Position numbers and translations under genes: made by a program. 64,000 nucleotides of DNA from Gemmatimonadales bacterium (GTDB taxonomy: Bacteria; Gemmatimonadota; Gemmatimonadetes; Gemmatimonadales; GWC2-71-9): positions 16,527 to 80,526 of the forward strand of contig DASSGV010000009.1 in assembly GCA_035693225.1 (NCBI GenBank), read 5' to 3'. Each line of letters starts with the position of its first letter. The first letter of the stretch is position 1. Positions 1 to 8,601 of this stretch are shown here, piece by piece. A model generated the notes under the pieces. That model had not been told where the DNA came from and made no database searches. It saw only the letters and a list, made by a program, of their open reading frames with translations.

Positions 1-63
1 CAGGCCAGCGCCCAGACCCGCGCCCAGGTGCAGACCGAGCTGATCCTCAAGCGACACGCATGA
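1..63 (+). CDS. 3' end of an upstream CDS (partial, product unknown)
   Basis: Frame 1 is open from the window edge to TGA at 61-63 (...QTELILKRHA*). Too short to identify. Confidence 0.3.
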   Translation, partial: QASAQTRAQVQTELILKRHA

Positions 64-97
64 TCCTGCCCCACACGGCCCGTCCCGGTACGGCCTG

Positions 98-3000
98 ATG
101 TCCTATCCGGTCTGGCCGTCCAGCCCCGCCGATGCATCGGAGCGCGAGCTCCTCGACCGCTGGAAGGCCGAGGGGCTCTTCCAGCGGGTGCAGGAGCAGG
201 GAAAGGATTCCCCCGGGTTCGTTTTCTTTGAAGGCCCGCCGACCGCCAACGGAAAGCCGGGGATCCACCACGTCTTTTCCCGGACCATCAAGGACCTGAT
301 CTGTCGCTACCAGGCGATGCTGGGGAAGCGGGTCACGCGCATCGCCGGGTGGGACACCCACGGCCTCCCGGTCGAGATCGAAGTGGAAAAGAGCCTAAAG
401 ATCTCGGGGAAGAAGGACATCGAGGCATACGGCGTCGAGAAGTTCAACGCGCTCTGCCGTGAGAGCGTCTTCCGCTATCGTGACGAGTGGGAAAAGCTCT
501 CCGACCGGATCGCCTACTGGCTGGACTACGAACATCCGTACGTCACCTGCTCGGCGGAGTACGTCGAGTCGGTGTGGGCGCTCCTGAAGCGCCTGCACGA
601 GCGCGATCTCCTCTACCGCGGCCATCGGGTGTTGCCGTACTGCCCGCGCTGCGGCACCGTGCTCTCCAGCCACGAGCTGGCGCTGGGGTACGAGGAGATC
701 CAGGACAACTCGGTCTACGTGACCTTCCCGCTCACCGACGGCAGCGGCCGGGAGCTCGTGGTGTGGACCACGACCCCTTGGACCTTGCCGAGCAACGTGG
801 CGGTGGCGGTCAATCCGGAACTGCCGTACGGCACCTACACCACCTCGGCGCATCCGGGGCGCAAGTTCGTGATCGCGGCCACGCTGGTGGAGAAGTTCGC
901 GGCGATCTTCGGCGCCGCGCTGATCCCGGTCGGCGAAACGCTCCCCGGCAGTGCGCTGGTGGGGCTCGCGTACACCCGCCCACTCGACGTGGTGCCGCTC
1001 CCCGACGATCGCCGGCACCAGATCGTCGTCCCCGGCGATTTCGTCACTGCGCACGACGGCTCGGGACTGGTGCATATGGCGCCGGCCTTCGGATCGGACG
1101 ACTTTGCCGCCGGCCAGGAGCACGGTCTGGCGTTGGTGCGTCCGGTGGCCGCCGACGGCACCTTCCGCGGCACCACCTGGCCGGCGCTGGAAGGGAAGCT
1201 GGTGACCGACAAGGCCACCAACGACCTCATCATCCGCCGGCTCAAGGAGCTTGGCCGCTGGCTCCACACCGAGTCGCACCAGCACAGCTATCCGCACTGC
1301 TGGCGCTGCCAGAGCAAGCTCATCTACTACGCCCGCGATTCCTGGTTCGTCCGCACCTCGGCGGTCAAGGAGCGGATGCTGGAGCTCAACCGCGTCGTGG
1401 CGTGGCATCCCCCCGAGGTGGGGAGCGGGCGCTTCGGGGAGTGGCTGGAGAACAATGTGGACTGGGCGCTCTCGCGCGATCGGTACTGGGGCACCCCGTT
1501 GCCGATCTGGAGCTGCGACCAGGAACCGACCCACATCGAGGTGGTGGGGTCGTATGCCCAGCTCTTTGCCAGCGCCGGCAAGGCCCGTCCCGAGGCATTC
1601 GATCCCCACAAGCCGTTCATCGACGCCTACACCTGGAGGTGCAGTTGCGGCGGCACGATGCGCCGCGCACCCGAGGTGATCGACACCTGGTTCGACTCGG
1701 GCGCGATGCCGTACGCGCAGTGGCACCAGCCCTTCGAGCATGACGCCGAGTTCAAGGCCCACTTTCCCGCCGACTACATCTGTGAAGGCGTCGACCAGAC
1801 GCGCGGATGGTTCTACTCGCTCCTCGCCATCGCGACGGCCGCGTTCGACGCGCCGGCCTACCGGAACGTGATCGTGAATGAGCTGGTGCTCGATGCCGAC
1901 GGCCAGAAGATGTCGAAGAGCCGCGGCAATGCGGTGGATCCGTGGGCGGTCATCGGGGAGTTCGGCGCCGACGCGGTGCGCCTGTTCCTGGTGGCGGGGA
2001 GCCAGGTCTGGCTCCCGAAGCGATTCGACAAGCGGGCCATCGCCGAGGTGGCCGGCGGCTTCTTCAACACCCTCCGCAACACCTACGGCTTCTTCCAGCT
2101 CTATGCCGGCGACTGGGCGCCCGGCGGATCGGTGACGCCCACCCGGGCCGATGCCTGGATCCTGGGCCGACTCGACCGCACGGTGGCGGCGGTCCGGGCC
2201 AGCTGGGACGGCTATGACGCCACGCAGGGCGCCCGCGCGATCATGGAGTTCGTGGTCGACGACCTGTCGAACTGGTACGTGCGGACCAACCGCGACCGGT
2301 TCTGGGCCCCCGACCGCTCGGCCGATCCGGCGGCGCTCGCGACGCTGCACGAATGCCTCGTGACCGTCGCCCGCCTGCTGGCCCCGGCCGCGCCCTTTGC
2401 CGCCGACCGCCTGCACCGGGCGCTCACGGCAAAATCGGCCCATCTTGCTACCTTTCCCGCCGATCCGGGCGGCCGTCTGCGCGGCGCGGCGGGGCTCGAC
2501 GCCGCGATGGATGCGGTCCGCCGGCTCACCTCGCTGGCTCGCGCGGCCCGGGATGAGGCGGGACTCAAGGTCCGCCAGCCGCTCGCCCGGCTCAAGGTCG
2601 CGGTGCCGGCGGAGGTCCTGGGGACGGAGTTCGAAGCACTCTTGCCGCTGCTCGCCCGCGAGGTCAACGTCAAGGCGGTCGAGGTGGTGGCCTCGGAAGA
2701 TTCGCTGGTCCGGCTCAAGGTGAAGGGCAACTTCCGGAACCTGGGCAAGCGCTACGGCAAGCGGACCCAGCAGGCGGTCAAGGCGCTCGACCTGCTGTCG
2801 GTGGAGCAGGTCCGCGCGGTCGAGGCGGGGCGGAGGGCGTCGGTCGCGGTCGAGGGTGAGACCTTCGACTTCGGCGTCGACGATGTCCTGATCGAGCGCG
2901 AGGTCGCCTCGGATTGGCTGGTCCAGAGCGCCGGCGCCTACGTCGCCGCGCTCGATCCGGCGCTCACCCCGGCGCTCGCGGCCGAAGGGCTGGCCCGGGA

Positions 3001-3256
3001 ACTGGTGAGCCGGGTGCAGCGGCTCCGCCGCGAGGCGGGGTTCGAACACACCGACCGGATCGCCCTGGCGGTGACGGGCGCGGAGCCGGTGCTGGCGGCG
3101 GCGCGGAACCACGAAGCGTTCCTGAAGGCGGAGACGCTCACCCGGCAGCTGGAGCTCGGCGCGCGCCTGGACGGCCCCGATGTCGAGCAGGTCGTCGACC
3201 TCGACGGCCACGCAGTGACGGTCGGACTCCGGCGCCAGCGTGGCGCGGCGGCCTGA
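98..3256 (+). CDS. ileS: Isoleucyl-tRNA synthetase (long, type-2-like form)
   Basis: 1052-aa ORF. Class I aaRS signatures PPTANGKPGIHHV (HIGH-type) and KMSKSRGN (KMSKS). Large CP1/editing insertion. The long C-terminal extension lacks a Cys cluster. Confidence 0.97.
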   Translation: MSYPVWPSSPADASERELLDRWKAEGLFQRVQEQGKDSPGFVFFEGPPTANGKPGIHHVFSRTIKDLICRYQAMLGKRVTRIAGWDTHGLPVEIEVEKSLKISGKKDIEAYGVEKFNALCRESVFRYRDEWEKLSDRIAYWLDYEHPYVTCSAEYVESVWALLKRLHERDLLYRGHRVLPYCPRCGTVLSSHELALGYEEIQDNSVYVTFPLTDGSGRELVVWTTTPWTLPSNVAVAVNPELPYGTYTTSAHPGRKFVIAATLVEKFAAIFGAALIPVGETLPGSALVGLAYTRPLDVVPLPDDRRHQIVVPGDFVTAHDGSGLVHMAPAFGSDDFAAGQEHGLALVRPVAADGTFRGTTWPALEGKLVTDKATNDLIIRRLKELGRWLHTESHQHSYPHCWRCQSKLIYYARDSWFVRTSAVKERMLELNRVVAWHPPEVGSGRFGEWLENNVDWALSRDRYWGTPLPIWSCDQEPTHIEVVGSYAQLFASAGKARPEAFDPHKPFIDAYTWRCSCGGTMRRAPEVIDTWFDSGAMPYAQWHQPFEHDAEFKAHFPADYICEGVDQTRGWFYSLLAIATAAFDAPAYRNVIVNELVLDADGQKMSKSRGNAVDPWAVIGEFGADAVRLFLVAGSQVWLPKRFDKRAIAEVAGGFFNTLRNTYGFFQLYAGDWAPGGSVTPTRADAWILGRLDRTVAAVRASWDGYDATQGARAIMEFVVDDLSNWYVRTNRDRFWAPDRSADPAALATLHECLVTVARLLAPAAPFAADRLHRALTAKSAHLATFPADPGGRLRGAAGLDAAMDAVRRLTSLARAARDEAGLKVRQPLARLKVAVPAEVLGTEFEALLPLLAREVNVKAVEVVASEDSLVRLKVKGNFRNLGKRYGKRTQQAVKALDLLSVEQVRAVEAGRRASVAVEGETFDFGVDDVLIEREVASDWLVQSAGAYVAALDPALTPALAAEGLARELVSRVQRLRREAGFEHTDRIALAVTGAEPVLAAARNHEAFLKAETLTRQLELGARLDGPDVEQVVDLDGHAVTVGLRRQRGAAA

Positions 3257-3280
3257 TATCACCCGATCCCCTGGGATTTT

Positions 3281-3664
3281 ATGAACAAGAAACAACTGAC
3301 CCACCTCGGCAAGCGCCTCCTCGAGGAGCGCGCCCGCGTGATGAAGGAGCTCGGCACCTATGACGAGTCCTTCAACGCGACGCTCCAGAACGAGGATGGC
3401 GACCTGTCGTCCTACTCGTTCCATATGGCCGACCAGGGCACCGACGCGATGGAGCGGGAAAAGCAGTTCCTGATGGCGTCGAAGGAAGGGCGCTATCTCT
3501 GGCACGTGAACCAGGCGCTCCGCCGGCTCTACAGCACCCCCGACACCTTCGGCCATTGCGAGACCTGCGGTGCCGAGATCCAGTTCGAACGGCTCGACGC
3601 GCTGCCCCACGCGCGGCTCTGCATCAACTGCAAGGAAAAGGAAGAGGATGCCAAGCGCCGGTGA
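3281..3664 (+). CDS. DksA/TraR-family C4 zinc-finger protein
   Basis: 127 aa. C-terminal CETCGAEI...(17 aa)...CINC four-Cys finger preceded by a coiled-coil-like region. Located in the conserved position between ileS and lspA. Confidence 0.85.
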   Translation: MNKKQLTHLGKRLLEERARVMKELGTYDESFNATLQNEDGDLSSYSFHMADQGTDAMEREKQFLMASKEGRYLWHVNQALRRLYSTPDTFGHCETCGAEIQFERLDALPHARLCINCKEKEEDAKRR

Positions 3665-4175
3665 GCGCCGGCTCTTCCTCGGGGTGGCCGTGGGGGTGGC
3701 GCTCGCCGACCTCGTGGCCAAGCTGGCCGCGGAGCTCTGGTTGGCGTCCTCCAGCGGCGTGTCGGTGATGGGCGACGTGGTGCAGTTGCGGCTGGTGTTC
3801 AATCCCGGTGCGGCCTTCGGCGTGAGCGTGGGAGCCTGGAGCCGCTGGGTGTTCCTGGTGGTGGCCCTCGTCGCGATCGTGGCGCTCGCGCGCGTGGCGC
3901 TCCGGAGCGAGCCCGGCGACACGCTCCGCCAGTTGGCGTGCGGACTGGTGGCGGGCGGGGCGGCCGGCAACCTGATCGACCGCATCCGCAGCGCGCGTGG
4001 CGTGGTGGACTTCCTTGACGTCGGCATCGGGGCACACCGCTGGCCGACCTTCAACGTCGCCGATATCGGGGTCACCACCGGTGCGTTGCTGCTGGCGTGG
4101 TCGTTGTGGAGCGAGGATCGCCGCTCGGCGCTGGCCGAGGCGGTCGTGACGCCGGGACCTGGCGCGCTCTCCTGA
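3648..4175 (+). CDS. lspA: Lipoprotein signal peptidase (signal peptidase II)
   Basis: In-frame ATG at 3648 (MPSAGERRLFLGVAVG...) inside the longer ORF 3570-4175. Four hydrophobic segments. Motifs FNPGAAFG and WPTFNVADIG. Overlaps the dksA-like stop by 17 nt. ileS-lspA synteny. Confidence 0.9.
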   Translation: MPSAGERRLFLGVAVGVALADLVAKLAAELWLASSSGVSVMGDVVQLRLVFNPGAAFGVSVGAWSRWVFLVVALVAIVALARVALRSEPGDTLRQLACGLVAGGAAGNLIDRIRSARGVVDFLDVGIGAHRWPTFNVADIGVTTGALLLAWSLWSEDRRSALAEAVVTPGPGALS

Positions 4176-4183
4176 CCGCTCCC

Positions 4184-5194
4184 GTGCCCGACATCCGGCG
4201 GTTCAGTGTCACCACCGCGGCGAGCGACCGGCTCGACCGCTTCCTTGCCGATCAGCTCGACCTCTCCCGGACCCAGGCCGCGCGGCTGGTGGCCCAGGGT
4301 GCCGTCACGGTCAACGGATCTCCGTCCCGCGCCTCCCGACTCCTGGGCCGCGGCGACGCGGTCGAGGTCACCTACCCCGAACTCGAACCGCCCCGCACCC
4401 TCCGCCCCGCGGACATCCCGCTGACCGTCGTCTACGAGGACGATGACCTGGCGGTCATCGACAAACCCGCCGGCCTGGTGGTGCATCCGGCCCCGGGCCA
4501 CTGGGACGATACGCTGGTCAACGCGCTGGTGGCACGCGGCACCACGCTCTCCGGCGGTGCGGCGGGACGGCCGGGGATCGTGCATCGGCTCGACCGCGAC
4601 ACCTCCGGTCTGATGGTGGTCGCCAAGACCGATCTGGCCCATCGCAAGCTCGGTGCGGCACTCGCCGCCCGGCGGATCACCCGCCATTACGCGGCACTCG
4701 CCTGGGGCCACCTCGATGCCAGCCCCACCGTGATCGAGGCTTCGATCGCCCGCAGTCCCAAGGATCGGACCCGGATGTCGGTCCAGGCCGGTGGGCGCGC
4801 GGCGCGGACCGACGCCTGGGTCATCGCGCGCTTCGGTGAGACCGAGCTCCTGCGCCTGGAACTCCACAGCGGACGCACCCACCAGATCCGGGTGCACCTC
4901 GACCACATCGGTCACCCGATCGTGGGAGACCCGGTGTATGCCGGGGGCGGCAGCCGCCGGATCGGCGGCCCCGCCCGCCAACGTGCCGAGGCGGTGGAGC
5001 GGGCGACGCCACGCCAGGCGTTGCACGCCGCGTTCCTGTCGTTCCGCCACCCGGCGTCCGGAGCGGTGGTGGAGTTCCGTTCCGAGTGGCCCGAAGATCT
5101 CCGCCGCGCCCTCCGATCCGCCGCCGGCACGGGGCCGGAAGTTGCTGATCCCCTTGGTCTTGGGTATCTTGGCTTCTTCAAGGAAAATGGCTGA
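4184..5194 (+). CDS. rluD: RluA/RluD-family 23S rRNA pseudouridine synthase
   Basis: S4-like N-terminus (RLDRFLADQLDLSRTQAARLV). Catalytic motif HRLDRDTSGLMVVAKT. GRTHQIRVH motif. Start placed at GTG 4184 just after the lspA stop; the ORF track starts earlier at 4097, so the start is uncertain. Confidence 0.9.
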   Translation: MPDIRRFSVTTAASDRLDRFLADQLDLSRTQAARLVAQGAVTVNGSPSRASRLLGRGDAVEVTYPELEPPRTLRPADIPLTVVYEDDDLAVIDKPAGLVVHPAPGHWDDTLVNALVARGTTLSGGAAGRPGIVHRLDRDTSGLMVVAKTDLAHRKLGAALAARRITRHYAALAWGHLDASPTVIEASIARSPKDRTRMSVQAGGRAARTDAWVIARFGETELLRLELHSGRTHQIRVHLDHIGHPIVGDPVYAGGGSRRIGGPARQRAEAVERATPRQALHAAFLSFRHPASGAVVEFRSEWPEDLRRALRSAAGTGPEVADPLGLGYLGFFKENG

Positions 5195-5621
5195 TCTGAC
5201 CTCCGTCCGGCTCCTGGTCTTCCGGGTTGGTGACCTCACCTGCGCCGTGCCGGTGGAGGCCGCCCGGGAGATCGTACCCCTCGAGGCCGCGACACGGATC
5301 CCGGGAGCGGCATCGGCGGTGCACGGACTGGTCAACGTCCGGGGCACCCTGCTGACGGTGGTGGATGGGCAGCGGCTGCTGGGACGTACGTCGGTCGATC
5401 CGCCCCGATCGGTGCTGGTCCTCGACAGCGGGGCGCGCGTGGTGGGACTCGCGGTGGACGAGGTGCGCGACCTGATCACCGTGCCGGCGTCGGAGTTGCA
5501 GGACCGCGAGGCGTTGCCGGGGCTCGATCCCACCCTGGTCCGCGCGGTGGGCCGGAATGACGGACAGCTGTTCGTGGTCCTCGATACCGATGCATTGCTG
5601 GCGCCGGTGATGGGAGTGTGA
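5187..5621 (+). CDS. cheW: CheW-like coupling protein (CheW-1)
   Basis: ATG 5187 within ORF frame 4791-5621 (MADLTSVRLLVFRVGDLTCAVPVEAAREIV...GLVNVRGTLLTVVDG...VGLAVDEVRDL). Typical single CheW-domain pattern. 8-nt overlap with the rluD stop. Confidence 0.85.
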   Translation: MADLTSVRLLVFRVGDLTCAVPVEAAREIVPLEAATRIPGAASAVHGLVNVRGTLLTVVDGQRLLGRTSVDPPRSVLVLDSGARVVGLAVDEVRDLITVPASELQDREALPGLDPTLVRAVGRNDGQLFVVLDTDALLAPVMGV

Positions 5622-5703
5622 CTCCCGCGCGCGCCGGCCGATCCAGCACCACTCCGGGCGTCCCCTGCGGCGCCGGCGAACCCCACGGTCGGGAGGAGGG
5701 CCA

Positions 5704-6066
5704 GTGAGCCACACGGTACTCGTCTGCGACGACGCCATCTTCATGCGGACGATGATCAGCGACATCCTGTCCCAGGCGGGGTTCGAGGTCGTCGGCGAGG
5801 CCGAGACCGGCCGCCAGGCGGTCGACCGATATTTCCAGCTCAAGCCCGACCTGGTCACGATGGACATCGTGATGCCGGACATGGGTGGCATCGACGCGGT
5901 ACGCGAGATCTGCAAGACCGACCCCGATGCCAAGATCCTGATGTGCAGCGCGATGGGCCAGCAGGCACTCGTCGTGGAGGCCATCCAGGCCGGCGCCAAG
6001 GACTTCGTGGTCAAGCCGTTCCAGCCTTCCCGAGTGCTCGAGGCCGTTCAGCGCGTCCTGGGCTGA
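5704..6066 (+). CDS. cheY: CheY-like single-domain response regulator
   Basis: 120 aa. Acidic pocket VCDDA. Phospho-acceptor context LVTMDIVMPDMGG. Conserved S (MCSAMG) and K (VVKPF). GGAGG-like RBS upstream. GTG start. Confidence 0.92.
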   Translation: MSHTVLVCDDAIFMRTMISDILSQAGFEVVGEAETGRQAVDRYFQLKPDLVTMDIVMPDMGGIDAVREICKTDPDAKILMCSAMGQQALVVEAIQAGAKDFVVKPFQPSRVLEAVQRVLG

Positions 6067-6069
6067 TCC

Positions 6070-7965
6070 ATGGACGCGTCGAAGTACACCGCCCTCTTTC
6101 TCGCCGAGAGCCGCGAGCACCTCAGCAGCTGCAACCAGTTGCTCCTCGAGTGGGAGCGCGATCCATCCGTCACCGGCGCCGTGGCGGGGCTCTTCCGGTC
6201 GGTCCATACCCTCAAGGGGATGGCGGCCACGATGGGGTTCGTCCGCCTGGCGGACCTGGCGCACCGGGCCGAAGACCTGCTCGATTCGATCCGCGCCGGA
6301 CGGCTGCAGGCCGATGGCGAGCTGATCGACCTGCTCTTCCGCACCGTCGACGGGCTGGAGAGCGGACTCGAGCCGGCGGCGGCGGGCCGGGATGGCCAGC
6401 TCGACTTCAACGAGTTGACCTCGGCGCTCGATGCGGCCGCGGGGGCCCCGGTGCCGGCGCCCCGCAAGGGTCGCCCCAAGGCGGAGGAGCGTGAGTCGGT
6501 CCCGGTCCGGTTGTCGGTGGCAGCACCGGTGCCGGGCACCGGTCGGGTGGTGAGGGTCAAGGTCGCTTCGGGTTCCGCGATGCCGGGTGTGCGGGCGATG
6601 CTGGCGCTCAAGCGGGCCGAGGCCCTCGGTTCCGTCGGCGGGGTGCAGCCGCCGGCCCAGCAGTTCGAGGGAGAGGCGTTCACCGGGGAGTTCAGCTTCC
6701 GGCTCGATGCGCCGTCGACCGACGCGGAGATCGAGGCCGCCCTGCGGGCCGCCGGAGAGATCGCCTCGGTCGAGATCACCGCAGCGGACGCCGAGGCCGC
6801 GGTCGCGGACCGGGATCAGGGGCGCAATCGTCACATCCGGGTCGATCTCCGCCGGCTCGACGCGCTGATGAACCAAGTGGGCGAGCTCGCCGTGACCCGG
6901 GGGCGGCTCCAGGAGCTGGTGGCGGGGCGCGGGATGCCGGAGGTCGAAGCACTTGCCACGCGGGTCGGGCGCCTGGTGGGCGAGATGCAGACCGAGATCA
7001 TCCAGGCACGGATGACGCCCGTCTGGCAGACCTTCGACCGGTTCCCGCGCGTGGTGCGCGACCTGGCACGGCAACTGGGCAAGCAGGTGCGGTTCGAGGT
7101 CGAGGGCGAGGGGATCGAGCTCGATCGCGCCATCCTCGATGAGATCGGCGATCCGCTCCTCCACCTGATCCGGAACGCCGTCGACCACGGACTGGAATCG
7201 CCGGCGGAGCGCAAGAAGGCCGGCAAGCCGGTCGAGGGACGGGTGACGCTCGCGGCGGCGCAGGCCCGCAACAGCGTCACGATCCGGGTGACCGACGACG
7301 GCCACGGGATCGACCGCGAGAAGCTGCTGGCCAAGGCCAGGCAGGAGGGGATCATCGATGCGTCGGTGGATCGGCTCACCGACGAGCAGATGCTCAAGGT
7401 GGTGGCGCGGGCCGGGTTCAGCACCGCGGCGGAGATCACCGACGTGTCGGGGCGGGGCGTCGGGATCGACGTGGTGGTGTCGCGGGTGCGGCAGCTGGGC
7501 GGCGTGGTGGAGGTCCAGTCGACGCTGGGGCAGGGGACGAGCTTCACCCTGCGGCTGCCGATGACGCTGGCGGTGGTGCGGGTGCTGCTGGCGCGGGTGG
7601 GGTCGGAGCGGTACGCGCTCCCGCTCACCCACGTGGCGGAGACGGTGGAGGTCACCGCGCAATCGCTGGCGGCGTCGCAGACGAAGGACGCGCTCATCCT
7701 CCGCGACCGCGTGGTCCCGATCCGCGACCTGCGGGAGCTCCTGTCGGTGGGCGGGGCCGCGCCGGCGCCCCCGCGGCGCCCGGGGATCGTGCTCGAGATC
7801 GGTGAGCGGCGCACCGCGGTGCTGGTCGATGCGCTGGTGGGACAGCAGGAGATCGTGGTCGAAACGTTCGAGGCGCCGCGGGGGACGCTCCCCGTCTTCA
7901 GCGGTGCCGCGATTCTCGGAGACGGTGCGCCGGCATTGATCCTTGATGCCGCCACGCTGGTGTGA
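6070..7965 (+). CDS. cheA: Chemotaxis histidine kinase CheA
   Basis: 631 aa. Hpt His in FRSVHTLKGMAATMGF. N-box HLIRNAVDHGLE. G1 DDGHGID. G2 SGRGVGIDVV. C-terminal CheW-like P5 domain. No receiver domain. Confidence 0.95.
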   Translation: MDASKYTALFLAESREHLSSCNQLLLEWERDPSVTGAVAGLFRSVHTLKGMAATMGFVRLADLAHRAEDLLDSIRAGRLQADGELIDLLFRTVDGLESGLEPAAAGRDGQLDFNELTSALDAAAGAPVPAPRKGRPKAEERESVPVRLSVAAPVPGTGRVVRVKVASGSAMPGVRAMLALKRAEALGSVGGVQPPAQQFEGEAFTGEFSFRLDAPSTDAEIEAALRAAGEIASVEITAADAEAAVADRDQGRNRHIRVDLRRLDALMNQVGELAVTRGRLQELVAGRGMPEVEALATRVGRLVGEMQTEIIQARMTPVWQTFDRFPRVVRDLARQLGKQVRFEVEGEGIELDRAILDEIGDPLLHLIRNAVDHGLESPAERKKAGKPVEGRVTLAAAQARNSVTIRVTDDGHGIDREKLLAKARQEGIIDASVDRLTDEQMLKVVARAGFSTAAEITDVSGRGVGIDVVVSRVRQLGGVVEVQSTLGQGTSFTLRLPMTLAVVRVLLARVGSERYALPLTHVAETVEVTAQSLAASQTKDALILRDRVVPIRDLRELLSVGGAAPAPPRRPGIVLEIGERRTAVLVDALVGQQEIVVETFEAPRGTLPVFSGAAILGDGAPALILDAATLV

Positions 7966-7973
7966 GGAGACCC

Positions 7974-8594
7974 ATGGACGACGTCCGCGACCTGCAGGCC
8001 CTGCAACTCGACGCGCTCCGCGAAGTGGCCAACATCGGCGCGGGCCACGCCGCCACGGCGCTGGGCCAGATGACCAACAGTCGCATCATGATCAGCGTGC
8101 CGCGGGTCACGGTGCTCCGCCTGGAGGAGGTCGCCGACCTCCTCGGTGCCGCCGACGAGCCCATCGCCGCGGTGATGATGCACATGCTGGGCGACCTGAC
8201 CGGCCGGACGCTGGTCATCTTCCCGGTGCCGTCCGCCAGGACGGTCTGCGATATCCTGCTCCGCCGGGCCCCCGGCACCACGACGGAGTTCGGCGAGATG
8301 GAGCAGTCCGGCATCAAGGAGGCCGGGAACATCCTGTCGAGCGCCTACATGACGGCGCTGAGCGATTTCATGGGGATGATGCTGTTGCCGTCGGTGCCGA
8401 GCCTGGTGATCGACCTCGCCGGCGCGGTGCTCACGACCGCGTACCTCAACTTCGGGCACGATCGCGACTACGTCTTCTGCGTGGAGACGGAATTCAAGTT
8501 CCTGGATTCGCCGATCCAGATCAAGGGACACTTCCTCCTGCTCCCTGACCTGGCCTCGCTGCGGGCCATCTTCGACGCCATCCGCCTGACGTGA
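7974..8594 (+). CDS. cheC: CheC/CheX/FliY-family CheY-P phosphatase
   Basis: Two copies of the D/S-x3-E-x2-N active-site motif (DALREVAN and SGIKEAGN). ATG 7974 is preferred because GAGGAG lies 5 nt upstream. An alternative GTG at 7962 would overlap the cheA stop. Confidence 0.85.
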   Translation: MDDVRDLQALQLDALREVANIGAGHAATALGQMTNSRIMISVPRVTVLRLEEVADLLGAADEPIAAVMMHMLGDLTGRTLVIFPVPSARTVCDILLRRAPGTTTEFGEMEQSGIKEAGNILSSAYMTALSDFMGMMLLPSVPSLVIDLAGAVLTTAYLNFGHDRDYVFCVETEFKFLDSPIQIKGHFLLLPDLASLRAIFDAIRLT

Positions 8595-8601
8595 GCGCGC
8601 C

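Noticed and set aside
395-5686. 1763-aa ORF on the - strand spanning ileS through cheW
   Set aside because: It lies antisense to five well-supported + strand genes. The translation is Arg/Ala/Gly/Pro-rich low-complexity sequence with no recognisable domain. Long stop-free antisense frames are expected in very GC-rich DNA.
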